Source: Candidatus Omnitrophota bacterium (GTDB taxonomy: Bacteria; Omnitrophota; Gorgyraeia; Zapsychrales; Zapsychraceae). Taken from it: a DNA stretch of 64,000 bases. Location: contig JAGQKV010000001.1 in assembly GCA_020429915.1 (NCBI GenBank), positions 28,971 through 92,970 on the forward strand, read 5' to 3'. Below, piece after piece: positions 60,569 to 64,000 of this stretch. Both the position numbers and the translations under genes were made by a program. The notes below the pieces were generated by a model that searched no databases, was not told the origin of the DNA, and saw only the letters and a program-made list of their open reading frames with translations. Numbering within the stretch: the stretch's first letter is position 1; every line of letters begins with the position of its first letter.

Positions 60569-60617
60569 AATTTTATCCAATTCCCCTCCGTAACCGCTCT
60601 TAAATCCCCTTAAAACC

Positions 60618-63600
60618 ATGTTTAGAAAATTTCACCATCGGCGCGTCCGTGCATGCGCCGTTTATTTTATTTGGTTCCTGACCCTGAGTCTGGTGCCGGG
60701 TCCGGTTGCGGCTTCCGTGCCGGCCGATGAGCTGTTGCCTATGCCCGATCCCGGAGTCATGGTTCATCGCAGCACTTCGTACGCTCCGGCCATGATGAAC
60801 GGCGTAACGATTCATCCGGACAGGCCATTTCATTTTGATTTCGTCATCGACAAAGGAGAATCCGCCTCCCAAGATGAGTCATTCCGTAATGAGTCCATGC
60901 GGCTGGTCCGTTATTTCCTGGCCTCATTGACCGTCCCGGAACAGGACCTGTGGGTCAATCTCTCACCCGAGGAAGCGGACCGTACCATCCCGCCCGAATT
61001 CGCGCAGACCGACATGGGGCGCGACCTTCTTCTGCAGGACTATCTGCTAAAACAATTCACCGCCTCGTTGATGTACCCCGACAAGGAAACCGGACAGGAT
61101 TTCTGGCGGCGCGTGCACCGCCGTGCGCAGCAATTGTTCGGGACGACCGATGTGCCGGTCAACACCTTCAACAAGGTGTGGATCGTGCCGCAGGCCGCGG
61201 TCGTCTATCAAAACGGCAACTCGGCCTACGTGGTGGAAAGCACTTTAAAGGTCATGATGGAAGAGGACTATCAGGCTGCAGCCGCAGGGCAGCCTTCGCC
61301 GCCGTTGCCCGCGGACCGATTTGCCGATGAGATTGTTCGCGACGTGCTGATCCCGGAGATCGAATATGAAGTGAATCACGGCAAACAGTTTGCCCGCCTG
61401 CGGCAGATCTATCACACGCTGATCCTGGCGACGTGGTACAAGGAGAATATCCGCGCGTCGTTCGTTAACGAGATGTACTCCAACCGCAATAAAATCGCCG
61501 GGATCGATATCAGTGATAAGGACTCGAAGGAAGAGATTTACGCGGCTTACTTGGCCGCCTTCCGTCGCGGGGTCTACAACATGATCCGGGAGGATTACGA
61601 TCCCTACAGCCGGCGCATGATCCCCCGCAACTATTTCTCCGGCGGAATGAACATTAAACCCGTGGTGACCGTCACCGAATCGGCCGCCGCCCTGCCGCAG
61701 GGGGGTGATATGGCCCTGCTCGCGGTGAAACTGGATCCCATGAACAACGGCCGGATCGTGAATGTTGCCGAAGCCGCTGGGGACCAGGCACTGTTGAGCG
61801 AACAGCTCGATCCGGACGAACGCCGCCGCTACATCCGGTCCTTAATCAACCGGCGGGTAACGCGCCCGGAACCCGAGGAATTGGAGGGCATCGGTCCCCG
61901 GGAAATCGCCTTGGCCGCCCGCGGCCTCGCGGCACCGGTCAATCCCATCAGGGACTACACGCGGCTGCATGAATTGGCTCTTCCGCTGCTAAAGGCCAAG
62001 CTCAACGCGGTGCTGCGCCGGCATGCGGCTGAGCAACCGACATATGTGGTCCTGGCACGGGACGGTGATATGCTTTACGACATGCTCAGGCTCATGGACC
62101 CGAACGCGGCCGCCCAAGGCCGGATCAAGCTGATCAACATCAGCCTGCGGCAAAGCGAACGGATTGTCGATCCCGGAAGTCCGTTTTTTGACGCTGAACA
62201 GGCCGCTTCCATGCGGGCCTTTTTGCGCCAGGAAGGTGTGGGGACGGATGATTTGCAGTCGGGGAAATTTGTCTTTATCGACAGCGCCTACAAAGGGTCC
62301 ATCTTTGATACCATCCTGCGTCTCAATAATCTCAAGCCGGAGGATGTGTCCGGTCGCGTAACCGGTTACCTTGTGTTTCGTGACGATGCCCGGTCCGCTT
62401 ACACCGAAATGCCCGATATTTCCCCGAACGAAGCGATGGACGCGCTGACCGGTCTGGCCGCGGTCTTCGATCGCAGCCTGCAGGATCTGATGCCCGGATT
62501 CGTCAAAGAGCAATGGGCGTCGTTGAGTCTCCAGCGGCGGTTGAATTTTATGCTGGCTCTGTACTTGCAGGTGCAACCGAAGTTCCTGCGGAATGCCAAC
62601 GCGGTCGAGTATATCGATGGCCGCTGGTATTCCCTGAACAGGGCGTACGAAAGTTATTTTCAAGATTTGGAACCGCTGGACGAATTGACCTTTCATAATC
62701 CGCATCAGATGGACCCGGTTGCCGCGCTGCAGTTGCAGGCGATGACCGCCGGATATTTCCGTGAACAACAGCCGGGTGACGCTGCGATCCTGGTCCATGC
62801 AGGCGGGCGGATCAGTTTCGACGGTCCATATTTGGAGCCGGCGTTTCCGTTCTACGCGATGCGTCACGGCGAGACGCCGGCCAATGCCCGCAATATATTT
62901 CAAGGTTCCACCGACGATCCGAAGTTGAATTATCTGTCCCCGAAGGGTCTGGAAGACGCGCGGAAGGGAGCGCAAACCCTGTACGATCAGATCGCCCCGC
63001 TTCTCAGACGCGGGAAAAAGGTCCTGCTGCTGACCAGCGGGCTCACCCGGACCAAGCAAAGCCTGCAACCATTTCTGGACTTGATCGCCGCCAAGATTGC
63101 CGCCGGCGAGTTACCGGAGGACATCCGGTTGGAAGTCCGGGCGGATCCTGATCTGAATGAAATCAATTTCGGATCACTGAGCAATACCGATCCCGCGGAT
63201 TACACCGCTGAACAGGCGGCGTTTGAACAGGCGTACCGCCGCGGCAAGAACGCGACGCTGCCCGCGCCCGGGGGGGAAAGTTACCTGGATCTCATCGAAC
63301 GCGGCCTCAAATGGTTGGAGGGAATGAATAGCCGCTTTGCCGACGGGGAGACGGCGGTGGTGGTTTTCGGGCATGGAACGTTTCTCTCCACTTTGCAGAT
63401 CCTGACCGGCATCAAGGATATGGCTGATGCGACCGGATATATCGACTGGATCAGCAACCGGCCGCGTAACGGAGAGGTCGTGACTTTCCGGCCCGATCAG
63501 GCGATTCTGACGGAGGCACCCGGCAGGGACGGCGTGGAGACTCTCACTATCCCGCGCTTTGAAGGCACTTACGCGGAAATCGGGCGCTTCTTTGTGTACT

Positions 63601-64000
63601 ACCGTTCCGCCTTGCCGGCCGCGTTGAGCGGCGGGCAGACAGCTTCCCGCTGGGCGGATGAGGAAACGGTGGCAGCGGCCCGGTCGCGCGGCAAAGAAGT
63701 GATTTCACTGGCTGATTACTCCCGCTTTCGCAACCGGCCCGTGTATGAATCCGTCGAGGCGGATGAAGAGCCCGTCCGGGTTTGGGATCACACCCAAGCC
63801 GCTGTCGCGGCACTGCAGAGCGTTGATCTCAAGGGCAAGACGGTAGTGGAGCTGGGTGCCGGCGACGGGATTTTATCGGTGGTATCACTGCGTTTGGGGG
63901 CCCGCAAGGTCGTCGCCGTCGACGGCATGAACACCGCCGGATTGATTGAGATGAATATGGGTGAGAACGAGCCGGGCTTCGGCGACTACACCGGCAGGAC
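60618..64000 (+). CDS. Giant secreted multidomain protein, 3' end outside the window (>=1127 aa): signal peptide + ~700 aa unassigned region + PGAM-type histidine phosphatase domain + start of a PrmA-like SAM-dependent methyltransferase domain
   Basis: I translated the + strand in frame 3 from ATG 60618 codon by codon to nt 64000 and found no stop. The in-frame stop upstream is TAA 60591-93, so 60618 is the first possible start. N-terminus MFRKFHHRRVRACAVYFIWFLTLSLVPGPVAASVPA is a typical signal peptide. Residues ~745-960 (nt ~62850-63500): FYAMRHGETPANARN (RHGxT catalytic His), ...PGGESYLDLIERG..., ...VVVFGHGTFLSTL (second His), i.e. the histidine phosphatase clade-1 motif set. Residues ~1070-end (nt ~63825-64000): KTVVELGAGDGILSVVSLRLGARKVVAVDGMN, a class I MTase motif I/post-I most like PrmA. 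Not in the supplied ORF track because it has no stop inside the window. The minus-strand 61989..63068 and plus-strand 60950..61330 track ORFs are shadows of it. Confidence 0.8.
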   Translation, partial: MFRKFHHRRVRACAVYFIWFLTLSLVPGPVAASVPADELLPMPDPGVMVHRSTSYAPAMMNGVTIHPDRPFHFDFVIDKGESASQDESFRNESMRLVRYFLASLTVPEQDLWVNLSPEEADRTIPPEFAQTDMGRDLLLQDYLLKQFTASLMYPDKETGQDFWRRVHRRAQQLFGTTDVPVNTFNKVWIVPQAAVVYQNGNSAYVVESTLKVMMEEDYQAAAAGQPSPPLPADRFADEIVRDVLIPEIEYEVNHGKQFARLRQIYHTLILATWYKENIRASFVNEMYSNRNKIAGIDISDKDSKEEIYAAYLAAFRRGVYNMIREDYDPYSRRMIPRNYFSGGMNIKPVVTVTESAAALPQGGDMALLAVKLDPMNNGRIVNVAEAAGDQALLSEQLDPDERRRYIRSLINRRVTRPEPEELEGIGPREIALAARGLAAPVNPIRDYTRLHELALPLLKAKLNAVLRRHAAEQPTYVVLARDGDMLYDMLRLMDPNAAAQGRIKLINISLRQSERIVDPGSPFFDAEQAASMRAFLRQEGVGTDDLQSGKFVFIDSAYKGSIFDTILRLNNLKPEDVSGRVTGYLVFRDDARSAYTEMPDISPNEAMDALTGLAAVFDRSLQDLMPGFVKEQWASLSLQRRLNFMLALYLQVQPKFLRNANAVEYIDGRWYSLNRAYESYFQDLEPLDELTFHNPHQMDPVAALQLQAMTAGYFREQQPGDAAILVHAGGRISFDGPYLEPAFPFYAMRHGETPANARNIFQGSTDDPKLNYLSPKGLEDARKGAQTLYDQIAPLLRRGKKVLLLTSGLTRTKQSLQPFLDLIAAKIAAGELPEDIRLEVRADPDLNEINFGSLSNTDPADYTAEQAAFEQAYRRGKNATLPAPGGESYLDLIERGLKWLEGMNSRFADGETAVVVFGHGTFLSTLQILTGIKDMADATGYIDWISNRPRNGEVVTFRPDQAILTEAPGRDGVETLTIPRFEGTYAEIGRFFVYYRSALPAALSGGQTASRWADEETVAAARSRGKEVISLADYSRFRNRPVYESVEADEEPVRVWDHTQAAVAALQSVDLKGKTVVELGAGDGILSVVSLRLGARKVVAVDGMNTAGLIEMNMGENEPGFGDYTGR

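Noticed and set aside
61989-63068. 359-aa minus-strand ORF and other + / - ORFs (60950..61330, 62164..62361, 63547..63813) listed in the track inside 60618-64000
   Set aside because: All lie within the continuous, motif-bearing + strand frame-3 ORF that starts at 60618. Their translations are Arg/Gly/Pro/Leu-rich low-complexity sequences typical of GC-rich antisense or off-frame shadows.

Overview
GC-rich (~60%) bacterial chromosomal window in which every supportable gene is on the + strand. I see no rRNA, tRNA, CRISPR array or mobile element.

Order of content:
- Start: 3' part of topA, then xerC/D.
- 1.9-18 kb: a large, translationally coupled LPS operon. It holds waaA and lpxK; an LpxL-like acyltransferase fused to an ELM1/DUF1022-like domain; a fused GT4-GT9 glycosyltransferase; one standalone GT4 and three heptosyltransferase-family GT9 genes; a kinase-only HldE homolog; and kdsB-kdsA-kdsD-kdsC followed by an LptA/C-like gene and lptB.
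- 18-60 kb: housekeeping blocks in a Firmicutes-like order. These are a trigger factor without its PPIase domain, then clpP, serA, purA, an OmpA-family lipoprotein, uppS-cdsA-dxr-rseP, an orphan CpaF-like ATPase, a mini proS, rimP-nusA-infB, trpS, scpA, ruvB, a SpoIID-family gene, queA-tgt, trmD-rplS, rnhB-yraN, an FTCD-like cyclodeaminase with folD, polA, glgA, coaE, rho, rpmE, prfA-prmC-murA and trpGDCF.
- 60.0-60.6 kb: a 605 bp non-coding region holding an inverted-repeat-bounded ~240 nt structured element, a terminator-like hairpin and a sigma70-like promoter.
- 60618 to the window end: the most interesting object. It is a single uninterrupted + strand ORF of 1127+ codons that runs off the window edge and is absent from the supplied ORF track. 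It encodes a signal peptide, about 700 aa of unassigned sequence, a phosphoglycerate-mutase-type histidine phosphatase domain and the start of a PrmA-like SAM methyltransferase domain.
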